From positions 13,020,001-13,084,000 of the forward strand of contig NW_026889796.1 of NCBI RefSeq assembly GCF_033153115.1: a stretch of 64,000 bases of DNA, given 5' to 3'. The notes beneath the pieces are model-generated. The model saw nothing but the letters and a program-made list of their open reading frames with translations, had not been told where the DNA came from and searched no databases. Source of the DNA: Saccostrea echinata. Lineage: Eukaryota. Made by a program: the position numbers and the translations under genes. How positions within the stretch are numbered: the stretch's first letter is position 1; every line of letters starts with the position of its first letter. Of the stretch, positions 26,739 to 39,424 are shown in pieces.

Positions 26739-27323
26739 TTCTGAAGTCTGGTGCTACATATACCAGTTAATTGTTTGATTTTGTGCAAATGCTTGGAGCT
26801 GGCCTTTTCCCTGATGGGACCTTTGTTGGAAAAGATATGTTTTTGTTAAAATATTTAAACAGAGTTGACCTATTCATTGATACGCGCATTTCTTTTTATA
26901 AATCAAATAATATTAATTTGAAATGAATAAATGACAATAATATATTTGTTACCATATAAGAAGTCGAATTGGAAGATCTTTCATTACAATAAGAAGTCAA
27001 ATTAACAGATCCTTCCTTGCAAGTGTTCCAGTTTAATTTCTCTAATATTCACCAAAAATTTCATTCTGTCCTCTTCTTTTTAAATTGGATCACAATAAAA
27101 ATTATTCTATTTCAAACCAAAAAAGATATTTCTATCTTGATCGATGTTGCTACGTTCGTTTACTGTTAAAGTCTCTGCAAATATCACTAAACGGCGACTC
27201 AAAATGATGATGCATAATTGATAATACATGGACATAATACCGGTATTCACATTATGCTGAATTACGAGACAGAGTATTGAATAGAAATATATGTTACACT
27301 TTAATTTATTCTATACTTTATGA

Positions 27324-28130
27324 TATGCTGACACACAAAAGAAACGCAACAAGCAGTTACAATTTTTGGAATAAATTCTTCTGATAATATCCATTATTTA
27401 ACAGATGTTAATAGTAAGAAAGAAATTTGATTAAAAACAAATAGAGATTTGATTGAAACTTATAACCTTTAAACTTTAGAAAGTAGCAGTTACCCCCCCC
27501 CCCCCCCCCGAGTTCCCCAATTGAAATATAGCGAGTATGTCAACCATGCATAATACTTGCAGTTCCTCTTCTATTTCGCAATGAGTTCATCAGCCTTCTG
27601 ATTATGATGAGAAGAAATATTCTCCCAGTCTTTTTGAGGTGCCTGTTTCTCAGATGTTGAAGTTGAATTTCTCGATTCTGGCGCAGTGTCTTACCCTTCA
27701 TAGTTTGTTTTCCGGTCCAAGGACTCTGAGTCGTGCTAGTGAGACGTATGTGCATGCAGAGGCGTGATACAAAACATCTTTGCATCTGCAACACTCTTTC
27801 AACTTTATTTTGAGAATTTCTTGCTAAAAGCAATTGTTATGCACGCTAACAGCCTTGGCATCACGTAAGAAGAAACCAGAACTTTTTTACGGAATAATAC
27901 TGCAATACTTCTGAACAGAAACAAACTTTTGTAAACCCAAACTCTAGTAATTTTTTTAAACGCGCAATTTAAGATTTCCGTTAAATCGGGCTCGGATTTT
28001 GGTCTGGAAACTGTGAAATTACCGACTATGCAAAGTTCAAACTTTTCTAACCATTAAAGGTTAAAAAATTATGCACTGTTTTTTTTCTCTAGAAATAGAA
28101 ATAATCAATGTTTCTTTTGCGTGTCAGTAC
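27324..28130 (-). mobile_element. Tc1/mariner deletion derivative
   Basis: TIR CTGACAC(A/G)CAAAAGAAAC at both ends; transposase remnant ...RQNREIQLQHLRNR. Same family as 31284-32125, in opposite orientation. Confidence 0.7.
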
Positions 28131-29074
28131 AATAAGATAGGTATGACACGCCAAATTCACAAAAATACCTAGTTTCAAAGTTGATAAACATAGTTTACGG
28201 ACCCTAAACTATGGTTAACGATGTTAATCTATATTTCACCTCTCTAAACCAAAGTGAACACCTTAATCTTCGTTTAAAAAGTGTAAACTCTACTTGACAC
28301 AGAAAACAATCATATTTGCAAATGCAAAACATAGACTAAGTTTATCTGATAAATACGGTTTTGCGATTTGTAGACTACGGTTTACTACTCTAAACTACAG
28401 TTAACGAATGTTAATTATAGTTTATGGTTGTATACTATAGTTTACATATTTATTTAAGGGACCGAATTCACAAAATTGTAATACACATAGTTTTACCTTT
28501 GAGAAACACAGTTTAACGTCAGAATCTCTTTATAACCATCAACTAAATTGGGAGTTTTTGTATAACTAGTATCCAAACTATTAGTATGGAGTAGAGTAGT
28601 ACTCAGATTTCAAGATAAACTCTGGGATTATATCATGAGTTTAGAGAAGCAGAGATTCCCAAGCAAAACTGTCTCTTTTGGGGGATAGGGTCCATTCACT
28701 TGATTCCTTGATTCTGAATTGATATAAAATTTACAGCAATAAATAAAGCCGCGACTTTAGCTTATAATGACAGGCGCTTGACGAAGGAACAGTCACTATC
28801 TATGTTAAATGGCTTAGGCTGGAACAAGAATCGGACCTGGGCCTCCATTAAGCGAGCACACAACCACTTAGCTACCGTTACTGGTGAGGGATAAAGAATA
28901 ATATCAAAATTGATAATTTTGTAACATTAACTTAACAAGTATTGGACATTTAGATATTTCAACGATGTTTTATCAATTAACAATATTCATTTTCATTCCT
29001 ACGTTGATAAGAAATATCAGCCTGAACTCGAAATAAAAGACACTATATAGTCAGACACATTTTTTTGTATTTGA

Positions 29075-29625
29075 ATATTTTATTTAAAAAAAACATTAAT
29101 GGCAACTTTACAACAAATCTTTATGATAGACGTGATGACTTCAACCTGTCTTATTTATGTAACAATATATCATTATCACCAGCATATGGAGTTTATGTCT
29201 CCCAGCTGATTCGATACTTATAAGAGCGTGCTCTATTCCTAAAACAAGACAAACTATTGACAAATAAGTTAATGATACAAGTATATCACAGTCCCGTTTA
29301 AAGTCAACATTTCGAAAATTCTATAGTCGACCCAATGACCTCGTTTGCAAATACAATCTATCGATGAGTCAGATGTTCACTTTTTTCATAAAATAGTTTG
29401 ATCATTTTTTCACACTGAACTGTCTACGGATTTTTTTCGTTTGTCTGATGATGACAAGGAGCACAGAGCGGATGTGACCGTTAGACAGGAAATGCTTGTT
29501 CCGATCCTCCATGCATTTGATCCCACCTCTTAGTTTTTAGAGTTTCGTGTTTACTCTGCTCACATTTTGTATTGTTCCAAGGGATTTCTGAGCTTGATTA
29601 CTGTTCGTTATCTTCATAATTCATT
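29075..29625 (+). mobile_element. Penelope-like retroelement 3' fragment
   Basis: Translates as NGNFTTNLYDRRDDFN..YLCNNISLSPAYGVYVSQLIRY; shares the 3' motif with 24930-25515 and 41441-41705. Confidence 0.7.
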
Positions 29626-31283
29626 AAATAAGAAATCACTTAAGCGAGTATTCTTTTTTTCAAATAAGCATAAAACATTATACAGTTATAGTATATCATT
29701 GAGAGAGTTAGCATGATTCCAGTTCCCCTCGACCAGGACTATTTCCATTGGCTTCTCATGGGAAATAGTCTTGATCGAACTTGAATCTTGCTAACTTCTT
29801 CAGTAATATACATTTTAACTGATTTATTATACTGATACATATTCGAAGCAGGTATTAGTTCACTTGACTAACGCACGCAAAAGGGGAATTAGTCCATTCA
29901 CAGCGATTTCTATGGAATTATTCACATCAAACAATCTAATTCTATACAGGAAAAAATCAGTAGAGGTATAATGATAAAATTTTTCATTATACTTTTACAA
30001 ATAGAGTAACTTTTGGGCTATTTGAATTAGAATAAATTAATGATAAATGTATACATAATATTAAAAGATTTAAAACAACCAATGGTTGGAATGGGTGGAA
30101 ATATACTGCAATAATTCAATTCAATTGGTACTCAATAAAATTTTTCTGGGACGCGTAAAATTTAGCTGGGACTCAACCTCCTCAGAAATCTTGAGTCCTT
30201 GGACTCGAATTAGCAAAATCCTAATGAGAACCCTGAACTCTGAATTCAATTCTGTTTGTAACAATGGAGAATCAATGCATAAAAATATAAAAATCCTGAT
30301 ATAAAAGGGCCCTATTCTTGAACTCTGCTCAGAAGAGAAGTCATTGGTCCAGAAAATTAAAGAGGTAGCTATTCAATCAGAAAGATGTTTATGATGAGAT
30401 TCACAAAATTCTGGTCGCTTTAACTTCATGAAGAACTGTGCCAAATTATGCTGTAGTTGTAGTTACAGAGTCAAAAGTAACTTAACTAATTAAAAACAAC
30501 ATGATGTCACCAGATTCGGTTCATTAACGGTTTTTGAACTGGTGCACAACTACGCTTGCTCTTGTTATTCCATGTTTCCACTGCCATGTCTGCATGAACG
30601 TGCTACTTTAGGGTGACAGAGTGTATAGTACATTAACATGAACAGAGTACATAAAACGATTCCAGATGAAGCCACCGATATTGTGGCTATGTATACCCAG
30701 CTGGACTTGTCTACGTCACCCCAAAATACGAACAGCGCCACTATCACAGCGTTTTCCACGTGGAACAAAGAGTAGTACGCTATAGCAAGAACTTGGGATT
30801 TGCCTCGACTTAAGTTCATGAAGGATATGATTTGCACAAAGCCGATGAACACAATGAATAAAATGTTGTGTAATTTTGTTTTATAGGCTTTAACATTTTT
30901 GAAAAATGCAACAGTTATCATGATCATCCAATGGAATAGAACACCAAATATTACGTAGTAGGGACCGTTCCCTTCGATTGAAATCAACATCACAATGGCT
31001 GTGATTCTTGGTCCGATCTCGAACACTCGCCAGAGGAAGTACCCCACAGCTCCACAGTTTGTGTTTGCTTTCAAACCAGAAGTTGCGTAAAAGATACGCA
31101 GTGCCCTGTAGTATCCCGTGACAGACCATGCTTAACCTGCTAAAGAGGATGCAATGGTGACAGCTCGCAGAATTTCTGTAATTAAACAAACATCTAATCA
31201 ATTTAAATCATCTGCAAGTTATTATGAAATCAGTCTTGTTACAATAGGTAAAAAGGAACATCTTTTAAGTCATATATGGTTAT

Positions 31284-32125
31284 TATATTGAAATGCAAAA
31301 GAAACGCAACCACCTATTTTAGGGGGAAATATTATATATAGGATATAATTTTGTATCTAAAAAGTAAGGACATCTTCAACTTTGTAAATATCGTTAATTT
31401 AACGGTTGAATGATTTTCATACCATTACCGGAAGTTAAGTTTGAGTCCGCTTCACAGAAATCAAAAATTGCATGTTTAACAAAATATTTGGCAATAATAT
31501 GAGGTTTTAAGAATTTGTATCTGTTCATCATAAGTAATGAAGCAATGTTACGAAAAATAAATTCCCCTTTCTTTTGTGTAAGCGATGCCAGGGCTTCCTA
31601 AAAATGACTTAAGTACGCATTTCCATTGGTTTAGCTGGAAAATCTCAAAATAAAGGTTATGGAGAGTTGCAGATGCAAATATGCAACACAAAGCGCCTCA
31701 ACAGGCTCTTACGTATCATTAGCATGAATGACAGTCCTTGGACCGGAAGTCCAAGGGTTACTACACTGCGCTTGGCTAGAGAAAATTCGACCTTATCATT
31801 TGAAAAACAGGCTTTTAAAAATGGCAAAGAATATTTCTTTCGCTCAGATCTCGAGGTTGATGAACCTACTGCATCGTAGAAATCAAGCTGCAACTGTTGT
31901 ACATGGCAGTCTTGACCGCTGTAATTGAATGGTCGGGGTGGGGGTGTTTTAACATTCATGCGTTACTTTCTAAAGTTAAAAGATAATAATTTAACATTTT
32001 TATCAAATCTCTGATGTGTATAAATCGAGTTCTATCATACTGTATTCATTTTTGAAAATCATTAGATAAAAAATTCAAATATTTGTATATTACTGCTTGT
32101 TGCGTTTCTTTTGCCGTTCAGTATA
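31284..32125 (+). mobile_element. Tc1/mariner deletion derivative in A3 intron 2
   Basis: TA-flanked TIR ..TGAA..GCAAAAGAAACGCAAC; remnant NDSPWTGSPRVTT resembles the DRPRSGRPRVTT linker. Absent from A1 and A2 intron 2. Confidence 0.75.
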
Positions 32126-33318
32126 TAATAAGTTTTTAGTATTGTGATAATAGGTTTATAAATATTGAGTATCTTTTTAAATTCAGAGTAACATGGATTA
32201 CTAGAGATATATGTAGCATGAAAGACCCTGAAAAACTACATTGAAATGATATAACCTTGTTAAGGTACTGTCACAATCCCTGTGAATTTTTTCTTATTCA
32301 TTATTCAGTTACGAATTCTCGATTCCGGGAAAAAATACTGAAAAATTTAATCAATACTTCCAAGAACCACCTAAGGATTTAAATGACAAACACTTATATT
32401 TCAATCCTATTAAAGAAAATATTTGGCTTGAATGGAAAATATCGATTTGTATTTAAAAATGCATTTAGAGTATTCTTTAAAAAAAAAAAAGAAGAAGAGT
32501 TTTCACGCATTAAAGCACTTAAATTCTTACCAAAATAGTTGGATGTAAGAAGTGTTGTACATATTGTAAATTAATTTTATAAAGAAATGAAACTAATTAC
32601 CAGCGAAATCTAACTTATGAAAAGTAAATAATTACTGTTTGACAGTAATTTCGACTACACAACATTATGCTGAAAACTTAAATAAATAAATAACAGAAAG
32701 AGAATAGATCTATTTCCTGGAGTTGTAGTATTCTTGTGGTCAGATACCCATTCCCCTGACAAAATAGACTAATTTTAATCAAATAAAGCTTTGTTCATCC
32801 TTTGAAGAAACGATTGATTTTGAAAATATTTCTTTTGTGAAGGAGACTTACACACTCTGGTACAAATAAACATATTTTCCCCTTTACTTACCTAAGTGTA
32901 GTGCTTTTTGGTGCGCGTCATGGATAGCAATGTAAACCTGGATGATCAACTGAGGAGCGGATTCAAAAAAGGCGTCGAACATCCGTAGAAAACTGGCATC
33001 TATATCATTCTTCATCATTCTATTGTGATGTGTTTTCTTGTTATATTTGGATCTGCGACTTAAGAACCCATGTTTTAAGTAAGAGAAGTTTCTGAAAAAA
33101 AAAAATAAGAACACGGTTCTTAACTTAAAGCAAATTGGGATACGATAAAGCAATGCATGCATGTGTAACGAATAATTGCGAATGAATAAAGCATCTAGAT
33201 CCAGGTATCTTTGAATTTTACCTAACTGTATATACTTTAGAAGTACAACCCTAAAGTCATGGACGAAAGTTCTTGAATAAGAGTTATTTTGGGGTCTCTC
33301 TGTGATCCAACATGGCAC

Positions 33319-33906
33319 TAAAGAACAAGGTACAGTTTCAATACAAATCTTGCCCTGTGTTTTTCTTAAAAATGAAAGTGATATAAAAAATTAAAACTTG
33401 TGCTTTTTGAATCATTGAAATTCCATGCAGAAAGATCATACAAACCATTTTTCTCACATGTCCTTCTAAATTCTAATTGTGACGTCAGAGACCTGTGCAT
33501 TTTCCCGTATTTTCTTGAAAAGTTGCAGAAGACACCAATTTTCAATGGAACTTTCTTTCAGAAAATATTGTCCACAGGCATCGCCCACAAAGATTTTGAG
33601 ATATATGATTTTTCAAAGGATTTTACACAGCATATCCGAAAATTAAAGTGGGCGACAGCTGTTGACACTATTTTCTTAAGGAAAATAACCCTAGAAATGG
33701 GCCATTTTGAGGCTTTTTCTGTTTAAAATAGAGAAATGCATCAAATTAATGACGTCATATTTCCAGAATGGTACTCCTTCATACCATATTCCTTTCAGAT
33801 TTATCATAGTCATATACTCAACTAACATTTAAGCCAGTTTCAAAACTTTTTGAAAACATTGATTTTTTAGGGCACAATAAAGCTAAAAACCGTACCTTCT
33901 TCTTTA
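33319..33906. mobile_element. MITE in A3 intron 1
   Basis: 20-bp TIR TAAAGAA(C/G)AAGGTAC(A/G)GTTT. Absent from A1 and A2 intron 1. Confidence 0.75.
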
Positions 33907-35720
33907 TCAAGTATCTGATTTCAAATGCTGTGATACATACCTGATAATGGTAGAAAATGGGAAGGCCACGACAAGAAACAAATACTGTCTCACTCTGCCT
34001 ATGGGTCCTCTTTCGTCTTGCAGGTACCAAATCGTGCTTAAGGACCCCGTCACCAGAAATGACGCAATCACAACCGATGACGTAAGTGCACACTCTACCA
34101 TTCTACCGTGATTTTTGTATTCCAAGGCTAGAAGAATGTCCGTGACAACATCAAAGACAAAGAGAAGTATTGAAACAACAACACTAAGAAAGTCCAAAAT
34201 GGTAAATGGATAGGGTTGGACGTTGTTTTTATCATTTGTGATAGAAGTGTTCTCATCGACACAATCTACGGAGTCCACGGTTTCATTCATTTCATCTCCA
34301 CGTGAACCAACCGGATTATCTGCCACATCCTTGTTCTTCTCTGTTTCGGGTTTTTCATCTTCATTTTTTAATTTTAACTCCGGCATTGTGTCACAATTTG
34401 TCAAAAATTAAGATTTAGTTTTGGGAAAAGAATTTATATCATGTTATTTTTTATCTAGTTTCGGTTTAGACTTATTTCCTACTGTAATCTAATATCAGTT
34501 GTTTAAGATTTGGGAAACCTATAAAGAGATTTGTATACCTAGAATTGTATTATCTGAACCGCCCCCACTGTATTCAATGTTGACAACGTCTTAATTGAGA
34601 TTTCGTGTGGTTTGCGGTAGATTTTTAAATACAGACATTCTCATCTGGAAACATGCCGGTATATTAGATATATCAATAATTATTGATTTCACACTTCATA
34701 TATTTAGTGCAATGTATCTGTAGGTTTTAAAAACTTTGATCTTGCCTAGCTTATTTATTTATATAGGACCAGAATAATTTTGTTCTTTCAGTGGCAACTG
34801 CGCTGCTTGCACAACTACATTTGGTGTTTATTTTGATTGTGAAGTTTCATTTAAATTGCCTGAGCTATCCTCGAGAACTCCTGCAAACAAAATTAGGTTG
34901 AACAATAATAATTATGTCCTCCGACCTCGTTCGGGATGACGTGATAAGAAAATGTTCAAAAGAGTTTTTTTTTTTTTCCAGATAACTTAAATGCCTTTAA
35001 ATAATCGTATCCTTGTACATAGAGACATTGTAAAGGTTTACTTTTGATTGGTTATTTAAATTATAATTATAATTCTTTCCACAGAAATATGGTACAATTA
35101 AGGATAAATAACACAATTTTTTTTTAAAGAAATTAGCACTATATCTTTTAAATTTATATTCATATAAAATTTTGTAGATTATTGTTTTAAATTAAAGTCA
35201 TAAAATATGAGCAAAATTTGGTATAGATTTATATAGAAAATGGTACAAAGTTGCATACATGTAGTATTTAAATACCAAAGAAAAGATACGATTTATTCAT
35301 GTTTTAGAAATTACTATTTTAATTATGTCATTTCCATTCAAAATAAGTAAATTAATTACCTAAAAGTATATATCAATCCTTTTTTTCTTAGCTATTCTTA
35401 ATGGAAAATATACCGAATTTAAACGATATACACTGTAATAGATTTGAAGAACTTCCAAACGACTGAGTGACGACAATTTAATATAAGCTCGTACATGTAC
35501 TTGATAATTCAATGCTTTTAATTCTATGAATTACGAGCTGAGTATTTGTTAAAAAGATTCAAATCAACCATTATCACACTTCTGTTGATAGCATTGGGTT
35601 ATAATGCATAAAATGTTAAGTATTACAGGAAATGCCCTAGTCCTGAAAAGTCCCCAGTACAGTAGTCCTCGGATCACCGATACATGTTTGTATTTACACC
35701 GCCTTTGAACTCATGCACAA

Positions 35721-38700
35721 CTACGCTTGCTCTGCTAATTCTACGTCTCCCTTGCCACTTCTGCATGAACCTACTACTTTAGGATGACAAAGTGTGTAGT
35801 ACATCAGCATGAATAGAGTACAGAAAACGATTCCAGATGAGGCCACTGATATTGTAGCTAAATATGCCAAACTGGACGTATCTACGTCACCCCAAAATAC
35901 GAACAGCGCCACTATCACGGCATTTTCCACGTGGAACAAAGAGTAGTACGCTATGGCAAGAACTCGGGATTTGCCTTGGCTCAAATTCATGAAAGATACA
36001 ATTTGCACAAATCCAATGAACACAATAAATAAAATGTTGTGTAGCTTTCTTCTATAAACTCTCAAATTTTTGAAAAAAGCAACAGTTATCATGATCATCC
36101 AATGGAATAGAACACCAAAAATAATGTAGTAGGGACCGTTTCCTTCGATTGATATCAACATCACAATGGCTGTGATTCTTGGCCCGATCTCGAACACTCG
36201 CCAGAGAAAGTATCCCACAGCTCCACATTTCGTATTGGCTGCCAAACCGGAAGTTGCATTTAAGACACGGAGTGCTCTGTTGTATCCCGTAATCGACCAA
36301 GCCACGCCCGCTAAAGAGGATGCTATGGTGATGGAGCGCAGTATTTCTGTAATATGGAAACTGTTTTATTTTATTCAAGTTTCTGATTCAACTCATCTGA
36401 CACATAAAATTAATAAGAATACGCTCTCTTGCATATGAATGACTGAAGAAAGCAATTTCAACAGAACACATATCATAAAACAGGAGTCTCCAGAATAGTT
36501 TGAGCTTAAACAAAATTCGAGAGTTGAAAAAGACATTTGCAAAAAAAAAAAACCCAATCATAGTTAACCACTGGCATATACCTTTCGGTAGCAAACCAGT
36601 CAAAATGCCAATTTGTTAAACATTTAATTGTAATAAAAATAATGTACGTAGAAAGAATTTCTTGAAAGGGGAAAGGTTACACAGACATCAGGGGCAGAGA
36701 ATTGAGAGAATCAACTGGAAGAATTTTCACCCACAAAGTATTAGTGTCGAGTAAATATTGGAAAGGTAAATCCATATTTATTAAAGAAATTAAAGTGTTG
36801 TTCTGAATTTTTCATTCCCAAGAAAGTAAAATCAAGAAATCTTCGGAAACCACACCCTATAAATCATCACCCTGACAGGATCTATTTAAGAACGTTTAAA
36901 GTTTAAATTTTCTTCATTGAAGGTCAAGGATGCAGCTTGAGCTAAAAGTAATTATAAGTCCACAGAAAAAAGTTAAAAGAACGCGACTTTCATAAAATTC
37001 ACGTTTATAATGAAACCTCTGCATACATGTTTATAATGTAGCTTTTTTGTATAGAGATCTATCTATTTAAGTTGACTTGGTGGTAATTATTGAGATCACA
37101 GGGTACTGTAAACCAACTTTTATTCGCGTGCGAGAAATATTCACGAGTTTCGCGAGCTACCCTAACTATATATCGACTATAAATCGCCGCAAACCAATTA
37201 ATTTACTTTGTAGATAATGTTTCCTGAGTCGCGAAAATTAATTGTCGCGGATTGATTTCAAACTGACGATTCGCGAATAAAAGATGACGCGAATAATAGT
37301 TGGTTTACAGTAATTGGTCAGTTTGTTTAGTGTAAATTCCTGTTTAAACACCGCATCGTTACCCTGACTGTCCTGTAATTTTTCAATGATATCATAATTA
37401 AATAAATCACCGTTGAGCATTGTGAATTGGTACATGTATATGTCTATGTTTTGCAGTTATGTATCAAATTATATTATTAGACAAACATTGTAAATTAAGT
37501 GAAAGTTCCGTCTTAGTTTTGATTATGGTAACAATGCATTGTGGACTTGTGTGACATCTGCTCTGGAAAATTATCAATGTCTGATTTCTCAGGCATGTTT
37601 CATGGGTTTTCTTAATTTTTTTCTTGTCTATAAAACATGTAGTTTCCAGATAAAGGTAACAGAATGTTTCTATCTTCTTAAGGACATATGCAATGTACCT
37701 AACCTACTGATAATTTTTCAAGATATTCTAAATTTAAGATTATAATGTCATCAGATGTTCGTAGACAAAAAATCAGCATGCATTACCAAGGATTTTGAAA
37801 GATATCAACTGATGAAAATTCTTGAATGATTCAAAGAAAAATATATTAAAATTACTAAACATATATTCTAGATTTTTTTTTAACCCAAAACTTGTTTTAG
37901 AAGATGTGTACAACACCTATGGTGGCATATTTCTGCCATGTGTGCAAGTTATTTTTCTGTTAGATATGTCGACATGCAAGATAAATATGATGACATGCAA
38001 GATAGTTATGTCAACATGCAACATAACTATGTTGACATGCAAGAAAATTGCAATCAAATAAGAATTATAAAAAATCTTTTAAAAATCTCAAATATTGCCC
38101 ATATGTGACTTCCAATATGCAAGATGCTACTTATTTATGTCGACATGCAAATTATTTATGTTGACATGCGAAATAAATATGTTGGCATGCAACTTATTTA
38201 TGTCAACATGCAACTTACGTATGTTAACATGCAACTTATTTATGTCAATATGCAACTTATTTATGTCAACATGCAACTTAGTTATGTCAACATGCAATTT
38301 GTTTATGTCAACATGCAACTTAGTTATGTTGACATGCGAGATAAATATGTTGACATGAAACTTAGTTATGTTGAGTAGCATATATAAATATAATTTTTAA
38401 AAAGTAAATATCCAAAAATGAAATCACAAATCGATGTAAATGTCTGAAGACCCAGGAATGACGAAAAAGTTTACAGTGAATATGATCGATTTGTGATTTC
38501 ATATTGGATATAAACTTTTTTTTTTAGATATGATCGATTTTCAAAATGATAAAATTTGGAATTAAATGATTAAATTTAAATGCAAAAGAAATTATGTGAT
38601 ACACAATTTGAACATTTGTGCGAACGTGCAGATTCGTACGGTAAAATTGAAGTTGATTTAATGATCGAAAATTTATTCAAGCAAATGTTGCATTTAAATT

Positions 38701-39386
38701 ATTTTCTATAATATTAGGTGGACAACAAAGTAGAAATTGAATTTCCTTAGATAAAATGTCCCGGCGATTCAGAAACGTGACCGTAGATTATGAAACGTTT
38801 TTTATGGTGGCATATTTCTGCCCCATGTGTGCAAGTTATTTTTCTGTCAAATATGTTGACATGCAAGATAAATATGTTAACATGCAAGATAGTTATGTTG
38901 ACATGCAAGATAGTTATGTTGACATGCAGGAAAATTGCAATCAAATAAGAATGATAAAAAATCTTTAAAAAATCTCAAATATTGCCCACATGTGACTTCC
39001 AATATGCTAGATGCTACTTTTTTATGTCGACATGCAAGTTATTTATGTTGACATGCGAAATAAATATGTTGGCATGCAAGTTATTTATGTCAACATGCAA
39101 CTTAGGTATGTTAACATGCTACTCATTTATGTCAACATGCAACTTAGTTATATCAACATGCAACTTAGTTATGTCAACATGCAATTTGTTTATGTCAACA
39201 TGCTACTTAGTTATGTTGACATGCAACTTAGTTATGTTGAGTAGCGGATATATATATAATTTTAAAAACGTAAATATCGAAAAATGAAATCACAAATCAA
39301 ATCACAAATAAATGTCTGAAGACCCAGGAATGGCGAAAAAGTTTACAGTGAATATGATCGATTTGTGATTTCATTTTGGATACATA

Positions 39387-39424
<38 letters not shown>

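Larger units (their letters stand above)
30565..34386 (-). pseudogene. XKR: XK-related protein copy A3 with a premature stop early in exon 3; exons 34386-33941, 33091-32892, 31175-30565
   Basis: Exons 446/200/611 nt keep frame with intact splice sites, but there is a TAA at 31134-31132 (SSLAG-stop-AWSV; A1 has Leu). The terminal TAA at 30567-30565 also sits 5 codons before the B-type EQA-stop end. Confidence 0.85.

Noticed and set aside
31129-31135. Rescue of A3 by an in-frame alternative acceptor (TAAG|CA) just after the stop, or readthrough of the B1/A3 TAA codons
   Set aside because: AAG is a weak acceptor preceded by better AGs, and its use would delete most of a TM helix. TAA-G is a poor readthrough context. 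There is no transcript evidence.
2482-36438. Recurring plus-strand ORFs beginning MAVILGPISNTRQRKYPTAP
   Set aside because: Antisense shadows of XKR exon 3; they recur only because the exon is duplicated.
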